Positions 46,786 through 54,364 of a stretch of 60,629 bases of DNA are shown in pieces. The notes below the pieces were generated by a model. The model worked only from the letters and a program-made list of their open reading frames with translations, ran no database searches and was not told the DNA's origin. Within the stretch, counting starts at the first letter, position 1, and the number at the start of each line of letters is the position of its first letter. This stretch comes from Candidatus Fervidifonticultor octavus. Lineage in GTDB: Bacteria; Sysuimicrobiota; Sysuimicrobiia; Sysuimicrobiales; Humicultoraceae. The stretch covers positions 1 to 60,629 of the forward strand of contig JAVKID010000003.1 in the NCBI GenBank assembly GCA_031459655.1, written 5' to 3'. Both the position numbers and the translations under genes were made by a program.

Positions 46786-48525
46786 ATGAAGTACGAGGTG
46801 CTCGCTGAAGTCTATTCGAGGATCGAGGCCGTCACCTCCCGCCTGAGGATGACCGATCTGCTGGCCGATCTGTTCCGGCAGACGCCCAGAGGCCTGATCG
46901 GCCGTGTCACCTACCTGACCCAGGGGAAGCTCTACCCCGACTTCGAGGGGATCGAGATCGGCGTGGCCGAGAAGCTGGCGGTGCGCGCCCTGGCGCAGGC
47001 GACCGGCGAGGCGCCGCAGACCGTCGAGCGCCGCCTGGCGAAAGAGGGAGACCTCGGGCTGGTGGCGCAGGGGCTGCTGGCCAGGGGAAAGGAGCGGCGC
47101 CCGACGCTGAGCGTTGACGAGGTCTACCGGGAACTCGACCGGACGGCCCGCGCCGCCGGCAAGGGCGCGCAGGCCGTCAAGTTGGAGAGCATCGCGGCGT
47201 TGCTCCAGCAGGCCACCCCCCTCGAGGCGAAGTACCTGGTCCGCACCGTTACCGGGAAACTGCGCCTCGGCGTGGGCGACATGACGGTGCTGGACGCCCT
47301 GGCCATGGTCTTTGCCGGCGGCAAGGCGGCCCGCCGCGACCTGGAGCGGGCCTACAACCTGACCTCGGACCTGGGCCACGTCGCCGAAACCGTGGCATCC
47401 GGCGGCCTGGCCGCGGTCCGGAGGGTCCACGTCGTCGTCGGTAAGCCCATCCGTCCCATGCTGGCGGAGCGCCTGGGTGATCCCCAGGAGATCCTCCGCA
47501 AACTCGGCGGCCGGTGCATCGCCGAATACAAGTACGACGGGGAGCGCCTGCAGGTCCACAAGCGCGGCGGGCAGGTGGATCTGTTCTCGCGCCGGCTGGA
47601 GAAGATCACGCCCCAGTATCCTGATATCGTGGACCTGGTGCGGCGCGCGGTCAGTGCGCGGGACGCCATTCTGGAGGGCGAGGTGGTGGCCATCGACGCG
47701 GCCAGCGGCGACCTGCTGCCCTTCCAGGAACTGATGCACCGTCGCCGCAAGTACGGGATCGAAGAAGTCATGGCGCAGATTCCCACGGCACTGTACGCCT
47801 TCGACGCGCTCTACGTGAACGGGGAGGACCTCACCGAGCAGCCCTACCAGCAGCGCCACCGGGCGCTGGAGCGCGTGATCCGGCAAGGCGACCGGATCCG
47901 CCTGGCGGTCTTCCGGGAGGTGGCGTCGGTGCCGGAGCTGGAGGAGATGTTCGAACAGGCCGTCCAGGACGGCTGCGAGGGCCTCATCTGCAAGGCGACC
48001 GGCGGCGTCTACCAGGCGGGCGCCAGGGGCTGGCTGTGGATCAAGCTCAAGCGGGAGTACCGCAGCGAGATGACCGACGCGGTGGACCTGGTCCCCGTCG
48101 GGGCCTTCCACGGCCGGGGCCGGCGCGGCGGGACCTACGGCGCGCTGCTGATGGCGGCCTATGATCCCAAGACCGAGAGATTCCCGACTGTATGCAAACT
48201 GGGGTCGGGCTTCACCGACGAGTTCCTGGCGACCCTGCCGAAGACGCTGCGTCCCTACATCCGCCCCGACCGGCATCCGCGCGTGGACAGCCGGATGACC
48301 CCCGACGTCTGGCTGGAACCCGCCGTGGTCTACGAGGTCATCGGCGCCGAGATCACCCTCAGCCCCGTGCACACCGCCGGATGGGACGCCATCCGCCGGG
48401 ACAGCGGCCTGGCGATCCGGTTCCCGCGCTTCACCCGCGTCCGCGAGGACAAGAGCCCGACCGAGGCGACGACGGTGAAGGAGCTCCTCGACATGTACCG
48501 GCGGCGCCTCAAGAAGGCTGGGTGA
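46786..48525 (+). CDS. ATP-dependent DNA ligase, Lig1/archaeal type with N-terminal DNA-binding domain
   Basis: 579 aa. Motif I AEYKYDGERLQVH, LEGEVVAID, CEGLICK, WIKLKREY, and an OB-fold tail. Confidence 0.9.
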   Translation: MKYEVLAEVYSRIEAVTSRLRMTDLLADLFRQTPRGLIGRVTYLTQGKLYPDFEGIEIGVAEKLAVRALAQATGEAPQTVERRLAKEGDLGLVAQGLLARGKERRPTLSVDEVYRELDRTARAAGKGAQAVKLESIAALLQQATPLEAKYLVRTVTGKLRLGVGDMTVLDALAMVFAGGKAARRDLERAYNLTSDLGHVAETVASGGLAAVRRVHVVVGKPIRPMLAERLGDPQEILRKLGGRCIAEYKYDGERLQVHKRGGQVDLFSRRLEKITPQYPDIVDLVRRAVSARDAILEGEVVAIDAASGDLLPFQELMHRRRKYGIEEVMAQIPTALYAFDALYVNGEDLTEQPYQQRHRALERVIRQGDRIRLAVFREVASVPELEEMFEQAVQDGCEGLICKATGGVYQAGARGWLWIKLKREYRSEMTDAVDLVPVGAFHGRGRRGGTYGALLMAAYDPKTERFPTVCKLGSGFTDEFLATLPKTLRPYIRPDRHPRVDSRMTPDVWLEPAVVYEVIGAEITLSPVHTAGWDAIRRDSGLAIRFPRFTRVREDKSPTEATTVKELLDMYRRRLKKAG

Positions 48526-48831
48526 GACCGGGCGACGGCGGTGCCCCGACAGGGGGAGTTCCGCTACTGCGCATCCGGGCTCAAGGAGTTGGACCTCCGA
48601 ACGGGTGGCCGTAAGGGGAACGGTGCCGGGAGAGGTTCGCGATGAGCACGCCGGTCGTCAGTGGTCCGCTGATCGCGTGCGCGAAGCTCGAGCCGCCGCC
48701 CCTCCGGCAGGAGATCCTCCGCCGACCCCGGCTCACCGAGCAGCTCGACCGCGCCCTGGCCGGACGCCGAGGTGACGTCCGGCGGGGAGACGGTTCGTCT
48801 GGGGAGGGGCCAGGGTGCTGCGGCGGGCTGA

Positions 48832-49062
48832 GTGAGACGCTTCGCAATCTTTGCCCCGGCCCGCAGCGACGCACTCAGCGTGACCTGGACGGAGGAGAAG
48901 AGCGAGACCGGCCGGGAGGTCGCGCCCGGGGTGATCATGAGCTTCGACCGCACCGGCCGGCCGGTCTCGTTTGAGCTTCTCCAGACCAGCGCCCAGATCG
49001 GGCGGGCAGGGCTGGGGCAGATCGAGCTCGACCTGCGGCACCTGCCCCTCATCGCCTCGTAG
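48832..49062 (+). CDS. DUF2283 (YuzE-like) small protein
   Basis: 76 aa from GTG 48832, right after an in-frame TGA. DALSVTWTEEKSETGREVAPGVIMSFDRTGRPVSFELL fits the DUF2283 pattern (DaL.i.l...... e...gvi.d.d..G.ivgiEil). Confidence 0.5.
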   Translation: MRRFAIFAPARSDALSVTWTEEKSETGREVAPGVIMSFDRTGRPVSFELLQTSAQIGRAGLGQIELDLRHLPLIAS

Positions 49063-49175
49063 GCGACGGCCTCAAACGTCGGAAGCCCAGGTTCTAGAGA
49101 GCGTCGGACCTGGGCAAGAATCACCCGAAGGATCATCCTCGGCACGAGACAACCCACCGCCAGCGAGGTGCGTCC

Positions 49176-49754
49176 ATGACACGAATCCGATTCGTCATTC
49201 CCGTCCTCATCGCCGCGACCACAGCGCTGCTGACGCATTCGGCGGGAGCCGGGCCATCGCCCGTGCCCTCGCCCACGCCACCCCCGACCGTCGCCGCGCT
49301 GTCCCGCCTCAACGGTCCTGCGTTCGACACCGCGTTCATGCGCGAGCTCATCCCCGCCCACGAAGAGGCCATCGAGATCGCCATGGCCGCTACCCTGAAT
49401 GCCGACCATCCGGAACTCTTGCGCTGGAACCAGGTCATGATCGACCGCAAGAGCGGACAGGTCAGGCAGATGCTCGCGTGGCTCCAGCAGGTCGGCGCCT
49501 CGCCTGGGAAGCGCAACGCCAATGTGGTCACGGACCCCGTCAAGCGGATGCGCAGCCTGAGCGGCGCGGCCCTGGAGCGCGCCTACCTGCCGCTCATCGC
49601 CGCACACCTCGACCACAGCGTGGCGCTGGCGAAGGTGGCGACCGCCAGGGCCAGCCGGCAGGAACTCCGCGCGCTGGCGCAGACGGTGGTTGCGGTGGAG
49701 GGCCGCGAGGCCGCCATGCTGCGGGACTGGCTCAGAAAGTGGTATCCGAAGTAG
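49176..49754 (+). CDS. DUF305-family secreted four-helix protein
   Basis: 192 aa with a signal peptide. FDTAFMRELIPAHEEAIEIAM....HPELLRWNQVMIDRKSGQVRQMLAWL, and a second half-repeat. Confidence 0.8.
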   Translation: MTRIRFVIPVLIAATTALLTHSAGAGPSPVPSPTPPPTVAALSRLNGPAFDTAFMRELIPAHEEAIEIAMAATLNADHPELLRWNQVMIDRKSGQVRQMLAWLQQVGASPGKRNANVVTDPVKRMRSLSGAALERAYLPLIAAHLDHSVALAKVATARASRQELRALAQTVVAVEGREAAMLRDWLRKWYPK

Positions 49755-50472
49755 CCCCTGGCCGGGCCTCAGCAGGTGGGCGAGTGGTGTGTGCTCCCGT
49801 CTCCTCGTCGAAGCGCACCACGACGCGGTAGAGGCGGACCGACGGGAGCTCGACGGGTTCCAGGCGCTCCGCCCGGCCCGACCGGGTGAAGAGGCTGCCC
49901 CACGTCGAGACCGTCAGGGGCGTGCCCGTCTGCGGCGCCTGCGGCAGGAGCAGCACCGCACCCTGCTCGTTCCGATCCTCGGTCACGGCCCAGGCCTTGA
50001 TCCCTCCCTGCTCCACGAGGACCGGGAGGTAGCGCCGGCGGTGCCGCACCGTCGCCTCCCGCTGCTGCGCAGAGAGCGCTTCGAGGAACGCCAACGGATG
50101 ACGGCGGTCGTACCGGAACTTGCGCAGTCCGAACGGAATCAGGTAGTCGGTGATGAACCGGACGCTCCGCCCATTGACATGTTGCAACTGCAGGCCGACG
50201 CGGAAGCCGTCCGGGGTCTCCCGCACGAAGGCGACCCGTCCCTGGACGCCCATCCGGTCATTGAACCACAGGAACTGGACCCAGACGTGGAACACGTCGG
50301 GCGAGATGGTGGGGACCAGCAGGCCGGCGCCCTGCTCGTGGACGTCGATCAAGACGCCGACGCCGGTATGTCCCTGATCCGTCGCATACCGAACCGGGAC
50401 CGCCAGCGGGATCCGTGGAAGGGCGCGGCGCTCCATGCCTGTTCGACGGGCTGACCGCCAGAGAGGAACCAT
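49732..50472 (-). CDS. PilZ-domain protein with a second PilZ-like barrel (paralog of 31789-32451)
   Basis: ERRALPR (RRxxxR), DVHEQG (DxSxxG with S replaced by H), and shared blocks AVPVRYAT, GAGLLVP, LWF.DR.G..GRVAFVR, RYLPVLVEQG, GAVLLL. Start is ATG 50472 or ATG 50436. Confidence 0.7.
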   Translation of the reverse strand: MVPLWRSARRTGMERRALPRIPLAVPVRYATDQGHTGVGVLIDVHEQGAGLLVPTISPDVFHVWVQFLWFNDRMGVQGRVAFVRETPDGFRVGLQLQHVNGRSVRFITDYLIPFGLRKFRYDRRHPLAFLEALSAQQREATVRHRRRYLPVLVEQGGIKAWAVTEDRNEQGAVLLLPQAPQTGTPLTVSTWGSLFTRSGRAERLEPVELPSVRLYRVVVRFDEETGAHTTRPPAEARPGATSDTTF

Positions 50473-50542
50473 GGCTTCCCGACCCCCCACGGTGTATGCC
50501 CGTCGAACCAGACCCGTAGTCCGGGAGGAAGCGCTGTCCTCC

Positions 50543-50571
50543 TTGTGCTTCCGGCCGATCCGTGAGATAAT
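50543..50571 (+). promoter_or_regulatory. candidate promoter of cspA
   Basis: TTGTGC (50543-50548), 17-nt spacer, TG-extended GATAAT (50566-50571). Predicts a 5' UTR of roughly 55-60 nt. Confidence 0.4.
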
Positions 50572-50633
50572 GCGCAGGCATCGCAGAAGAGTTCGATGTC
50601 TGTGGTAGCCTGCAGGTAAAGGTGGCAACAAGC

Positions 50634-50840
50634 ATGGCAACAGGAACCGTCAAGTGGTTCAGCAGCGAGAAGGGGTATGGCTTCATCACCCCGGAGGACG
50701 GGTCGAAGGACCTGTTCGTGCACTTCAGCGGCATCGAGGGCGAAGGCTACAAGTCCCTCGTCGAGGGGCAGAAGGTCGAGTACACGCAGACGCAGGGTCA
50801 GAAGGGCCCCCAGGCGACTGGAGTCCGGCCGATCGGCTAA
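50634..50840 (+). CDS. cspA: cold-shock protein (CspA family)
   Basis: 68 aa. [34 protein letters not shown] (RNP1/RNP2 motifs). AAAGGTGG lies 8 nt upstream of ATG 50634. Confidence 0.95.
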   Translation: MATGTVKWFSSEKGYGFITPEDGSKDLFVHFSGIEGEGYKSLVEGQKVEYTQTQGQKGPQATGVRPIG

Positions 50841-50862
50841 CGCCAGGCTGTCCGCGAGACAC

Positions 50863-50897
50863 GACGGGGCCCGGGCGCGGTTCGCCCGGGCCCCGTC
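50863..50897. terminator. bidirectional GC-rich hairpin between the convergent cspA and secreted-protein genes
   Basis: Perfect 15-bp stem GACGGGGCCCGGGCG / CGCCCGGGCCCCGTC with a 5-nt loop CGGTT. No U-tract. Confidence 0.55.
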
Positions 50898-50921
50898 GCC
50901 TACCCGGCCGACCCTTCCGCC

Positions 50922-51647
50922 TCAGAGCCGGAGCCGGCGCTGGTCCTGGAGCATCCGCATCGCCTCCGCCTGCGTCAACCACGCGCCGGTCTGCTGGCGA
51001 ACCACGTAGCGCAGGAAACCTGGAACCGACATGTAGTACGTCTCCGGAGAGAAGGGCTTGAGCTGGTCCACCCGGGGCACGACCACGAGGCCCGGGTCCA
51101 CCTGGACCGGTGTGGCCGCCGCCGGTGCGGCCGCAGGAGCGTTGGAGACCGCCGGCACCGCCAGGGCGGCGGGGCGGACCTTCGGCGGATAGATGAGGAT
51201 GATCGACACGACCCCGCCGTCCAGGCCGAAGGCGATGCCCTGCTGGTCGTAGGCCATACCCATCAGGCCTTCCACCACAGCATCCACGAACTGCGTCCCG
51301 AAGACGCGGCGCACCTCACCGACAGCGGCGCCGACCGCGATCGCCTCTCCGGTTCGCATGAGGCCGTTCGTGGTGGAAACCGCACGAACGATGCCATCCG
51401 TCACGTACACGTTGATACCGTAGCGCGGAAAGGCGTACAGGGTCCCGTCCGGCAGCGCCCGCGTCTCGGCGGGGGGCCCGAGGCGGTTGAGCACCGAGGG
51501 GGCCGACTGCCCCAACCGGACGGCTGCGATCTCCTGCCCCGGCTGGATCTGGGTCGGCGGCGTCAGGTGTTGCTGGGCAATCACCGGGATCGCCAGCCCG
51601 AGGGTCATGACCAGCAAGAAGAGCAGCGCGTCGCGCGTCATCGTCAT
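50922..51647 (-). CDS. secreted hypothetical protein B (second gene of the riboswitch-controlled operon)
   Basis: 241 aa from MTMTRDALLFLLVMTLGLAIPVIAQ (signal peptide). AAGGAGG upstream of ATG 51645-51647. The N-terminal domain is paralogous to protein A (PG..I..V.LG....VLN..G ... V.....TTN....T). An Ala/Pro linker and an extra C-terminal domain follow. Confidence 0.65.
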   Translation of the reverse strand: MTMTRDALLFLLVMTLGLAIPVIAQQHLTPPTQIQPGQEIAAVRLGQSAPSVLNRLGPPAETRALPDGTLYAFPRYGINVYVTDGIVRAVSTTNGLMRTGEAIAVGAAVGEVRRVFGTQFVDAVVEGLMGMAYDQQGIAFGLDGGVVSIILIYPPKVRPAALAVPAVSNAPAAAPAAATPVQVDPGLVVVPRVDQLKPFSPETYYMSVPGFLRYVVRQQTGAWLTQAEAMRMLQDQRRLRL

Positions 51648-51709
51648 CGCCTCCTTGAGACCTTCATCCCAGGGCGCCGCGGGCCCGTCGCAGGCGGCGC
51701 CGCGTCCTG

Positions 51710-52201
51710 TTACCGCAGCCTTTCGCTGGGAAGCACCACCAGACCGACGATCCGGTCCCTCGACACCTCCAGGACCAGTCCCGCGAATGGGCACCGGACC
51801 TCGAACCCTGCGGCCGTCATGTGGACGGCACTGGCCTCACTCACCCCACCGTTGCACAAGGCCTGCCTCGCCCTGGTCCAGTTCTCGTCGCCGGGGCCGT
51901 ATCCCGATTGTGTCTTGTGGGCCGCGTTGGTAGTGCGGATACGGATCACGCGCTCGGTGGAGAGCCACACCGTCAACCCGTGGGCAGGGATTTCGAGCAC
52001 CTCGCGAGCCGGCCCCTGAGCCGGTCGCATACGTCCGCCGACTGCGTTGAGGACCTCGTGCTCGGTCATCCCGATGGCCACGGGGCCGATTCGCTTCCCG
52101 GGTTCGACGGCGAATGAGGCGGAGGACGATGGACCCGCGGCCAGGGCGACGGCTAGGAAGATGCCGACCACCGTCTGGATGCTCTGCCGACCCGGGCTCA
52201 C
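51710..52201 (-). CDS. secreted hypothetical protein A (first gene of the riboswitch-controlled operon)
   Basis: 163 aa. GTG start 52199-52201, signal peptide IQTVVGIFLAVALAAGPSSSA, TAA stop. No family recognised. Confidence 0.65.
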   Translation of the reverse strand: MSPGRQSIQTVVGIFLAVALAAGPSSSASFAVEPGKRIGPVAIGMTEHEVLNAVGGRMRPAQGPAREVLEIPAHGLTVWLSTERVIRIRTTNAAHKTQSGYGPGDENWTRARQALCNGGVSEASAVHMTAAGFEVRCPFAGLVLEVSRDRIVGLVVLPSERLR

Positions 52202-52225
52202 TGGCGGAGTGCCCCCGGAGTCCCG

Positions 52226-52256
52226 CGAAAGAAAACACGCCTCGACCGGGAGGCGT
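52226..52256 (-). terminator. intrinsic terminator (riboswitch expression platform)
   Basis: The minus strand reads ACGCCUC-CCGGUC-GAGGCGU followed by GUUUUCUUUCG, 25 nt upstream of the GTG start. No upstream minus-strand gene ends here. Confidence 0.65.
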
Positions 52257-52262
52257 CCGTGA

Positions 52263-52349
52263 CCTCCCCGTTCGGCAACCCGGCTGACTGGTCTCCCAGC
52301 CCCGTGGCTTTGCGAGCCGCCCTCGCGGGCGGGGTGCCTTTATCGCGGG
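52263..52349 (-). promoter_or_regulatory. c-di-GMP-I (GEMM-I) riboswitch aptamer, second copy
   Basis: The minus strand reads CCCGCGAUAAAGGCACCCCGCCC-GCGA-GGGCGGCUCGCAAAGCCACGGGGCUGG-GAGA-CCAGUCAGCCGGGUUGCCGAACGGGGAGG. It shares CGAUAAAGGCA, CGCAAAGCCAC and GGGUUGCCGAA with the copy at 15209-15290, and both hairpin stems differ by compensatory changes. Confidence 0.8.
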
Positions 52350-52515
52350 CAGTTTCTCTTGACTGTTGATATGCCCAGGTCCGACTCCTCCTAGGCGTCT
52401 GATGGCGCGAAGAGTGGGCACACAGAGGGACGGGATGGGTTGGAGGCTGAAAACAGGCTATGATGAGGAAGGCATCTGTGTCCGGCGTTTCCACCCAGAT
52501 CGCTCCTGAGGAGGA

Positions 52516-53085
52516 ATGACGATGCACACACGGCACGGGCGCAGCCGCATGGTGTGGGCCCTCTGTCTCTTCCTGGCCGGCAGCCTGACGCTGCCGGGCG
52601 CCGCCCAGGCCAGGACCGCGCAGGAGATCGACGCCAGCGTGAACGCCGCCCTGGACCGGCTGGTGAAGCAGGTCAGGGGATCCGGGGACGTCCTCCGGAT
52701 GGCCAAAGGGGTGCTCGTGTTCCCCGGGGTCATCCAGGCCGGCATCGGCATCGGGGGCGAGTACGGCGAGGGGGCCCTGCGCATCGGCAGAAGGACGGTC
52801 GCCTACTACAGCATCGCGTCGGCCTCCATCGGGTTCCAGCTGGGCGCCCAGAAGAAGGACATCATCCTCGTCTTCCTGCAGGAGGACGCCCTCAGGAAGT
52901 TTCAGGCCAGCGAGGGGTGGAAGATCGGGGTCGACGGCTCGGTCGTGCTCATCGACGTGGGTGCCGAGGGCTCCATCGATACGACGAAGCTCAACAAGCC
53001 CATCGTGGGATTCGTGGTGGGGCAGAAAGGCCTGATGTACAACCTGTCGCTGGAGGGGTCGAAGATCTCGAAGCTCAAGAAATAG
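52516..53085 (+). CDS. SYLF (DUF500/Ysc84-like) lipid-binding domain protein, secreted
   Basis: 189 aa with a signal peptide. GVLVFPGVIQAGIGIGGEYGEGAL...YYSIASASIGFQLGAQ...GWKIGVDGSV. ATG 52522 is better spaced from GGAGGA than ATG 52516. Confidence 0.8.
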   Translation: MTMHTRHGRSRMVWALCLFLAGSLTLPGAAQARTAQEIDASVNAALDRLVKQVRGSGDVLRMAKGVLVFPGVIQAGIGIGGEYGEGALRIGRRTVAYYSIASASIGFQLGAQKKDIILVFLQEDALRKFQASEGWKIGVDGSVVLIDVGAEGSIDTTKLNKPIVGFVVGQKGLMYNLSLEGSKISKLKK

Positions 53086-53088
53086 CCT

Positions 53089-54315
53089 GTGAAGGACCCG
53101 TTGCAGGAGCACCGGCTGGCGGCTCCGGCGTCAGGCGCGCTGGCCTGGCTGATGGCCGCGCACTTCACCAACGACCTGTACAACAACTTCCTCCCGGCGC
53201 TCCTCCCGCTGCTGGCCGACGTCCATGGACTGGGCCTCGGCCAGGCGGGCCTGCTCATCTCGACCGCCACCCTCACCGGATCCCTGCTCCAACCCGTGTT
53301 CGGGTATGTGGCTGACAACACCCGGCTGCGCGGTGTGGCGGCGACGGGACTGGCATGCGCGGCGCTGGGGTCGGCCCTGCTGGGGGTGGCCCCATCGTAT
53401 CTCTGGCTTGCGCTGGTCACCGTGTTACACGGCATCGGGATCGCCGCCTTCCACCCGCAGTCTGCAGGGTTGGTCCACCAGTTGTCCGGAGCCCGCAAAG
53501 GGACCCTCATGTCGATCTACATCATGGCCGGCCAGGCCGGACAGGCCCTCAGCCCCCTGCTGGCCGCGTACGTGGCGGTGCGCGCCGGACTCCCGTGGGT
53601 CGCGGTGACCGCCATCCCGGCCCTGCTCATGTCGGTCGTGCTCATCCGCGTCGTCCCGTGGCACTGGCGGGTGCCCCACCGCCCGGGTGCCTCCGCGAAC
53701 CTGTGGGAGGCCCTGCGCGAGAACCTCGGCGGGCTGGCCAGGCGGATGGGCCTGATTGTGTCCCGCGCCACCCTGATGCACAGCATGCTGGCCCTGCTGC
53801 CGTTCCTCTACCGCGCCCGGGGCGCGCCGGCGACGGAGGGAGCCGCGGCGATCGGCGCGATGATCTTCTCTGGCGCGGTCGGCGGAATGGTGGCCGGGTA
53901 TCTCTCGGACCGCCTCGGCCGGCGCCGGGTGCTGTTCGTCTCGTTTGCCCTGGCCGCCCCGCTCTTTCTCGCCGCGATCACCTCCAGCGGGCCGGCGACG
54001 ATCATCCTGCTCGCCCTCGGGGGAGCCGCCCTGCTGGGGTCGTCGTCGCTGGTGACGGTGGAGGCGCAGAGTCTGCTCCCCGCCCATGCGAGCCTGGCTG
54101 CGGGCCTGATGCTGGGGGTGAGCCTGGGGATCGGCGGCCTCCTGGTGGGGCCGGTGAGCGCGCTGGCGCAGGCGTTCGGGATCATCCCCGTCCTGATCGT
54201 GGTGAGCCTCCTGCCGCTGCCGGGGAGCCTGCTGACGCTGTCGCTGGCACGACCGGTCCCCGCATCGGCGGGGGGACCGGTGGCCCCAGGCGGGTCTATC
54301 CCGGAGGGCGATTGA
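53089..54315 (+). CDS. MFS transporter (Fsr-like)
   Basis: 408 aa. GTG start 3 nt after the SYLF stop. HFTNDLYNNFLPALLPLL, LLQPVFGYVAD, AFHPQSAGLV blocks. Confidence 0.85.
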   Translation: MKDPLQEHRLAAPASGALAWLMAAHFTNDLYNNFLPALLPLLADVHGLGLGQAGLLISTATLTGSLLQPVFGYVADNTRLRGVAATGLACAALGSALLGVAPSYLWLALVTVLHGIGIAAFHPQSAGLVHQLSGARKGTLMSIYIMAGQAGQALSPLLAAYVAVRAGLPWVAVTAIPALLMSVVLIRVVPWHWRVPHRPGASANLWEALRENLGGLARRMGLIVSRATLMHSMLALLPFLYRARGAPATEGAAAIGAMIFSGAVGGMVAGYLSDRLGRRRVLFVSFALAAPLFLAAITSSGPATIILLALGGAALLGSSSLVTVEAQSLLPAHASLAAGLMLGVSLGIGGLLVGPVSALAQAFGIIPVLIVVSLLPLPGSLLTLSLARPVPASAGGPVAPGGSIPEGD

Positions 54316-54364
54316 GCCGCCCACCGCCCGCTCCGAAGATCAAGGCAACAGGCGGTTCGAGACG

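Noticed and set aside
52359-52364. TTGACT as a plus-strand -35 for the SYLF gene.
   Set aside because: No acceptable -10 lies at 16-18 nt. The hexamer lies just upstream of the minus-strand riboswitch aptamer. A TATGAT at 52459-52464 is a better but still unsupported candidate, because it has no -35.
54340-54364. GGCGGTTCGAGAC, resembling a tRNA T-arm, as the distal att repeat of a tRNA-Lys-linked island.
   Set aside because: Only about 9 nt match, the orientation is opposite to the tRNA at 58732-58807, and no integrase is present.
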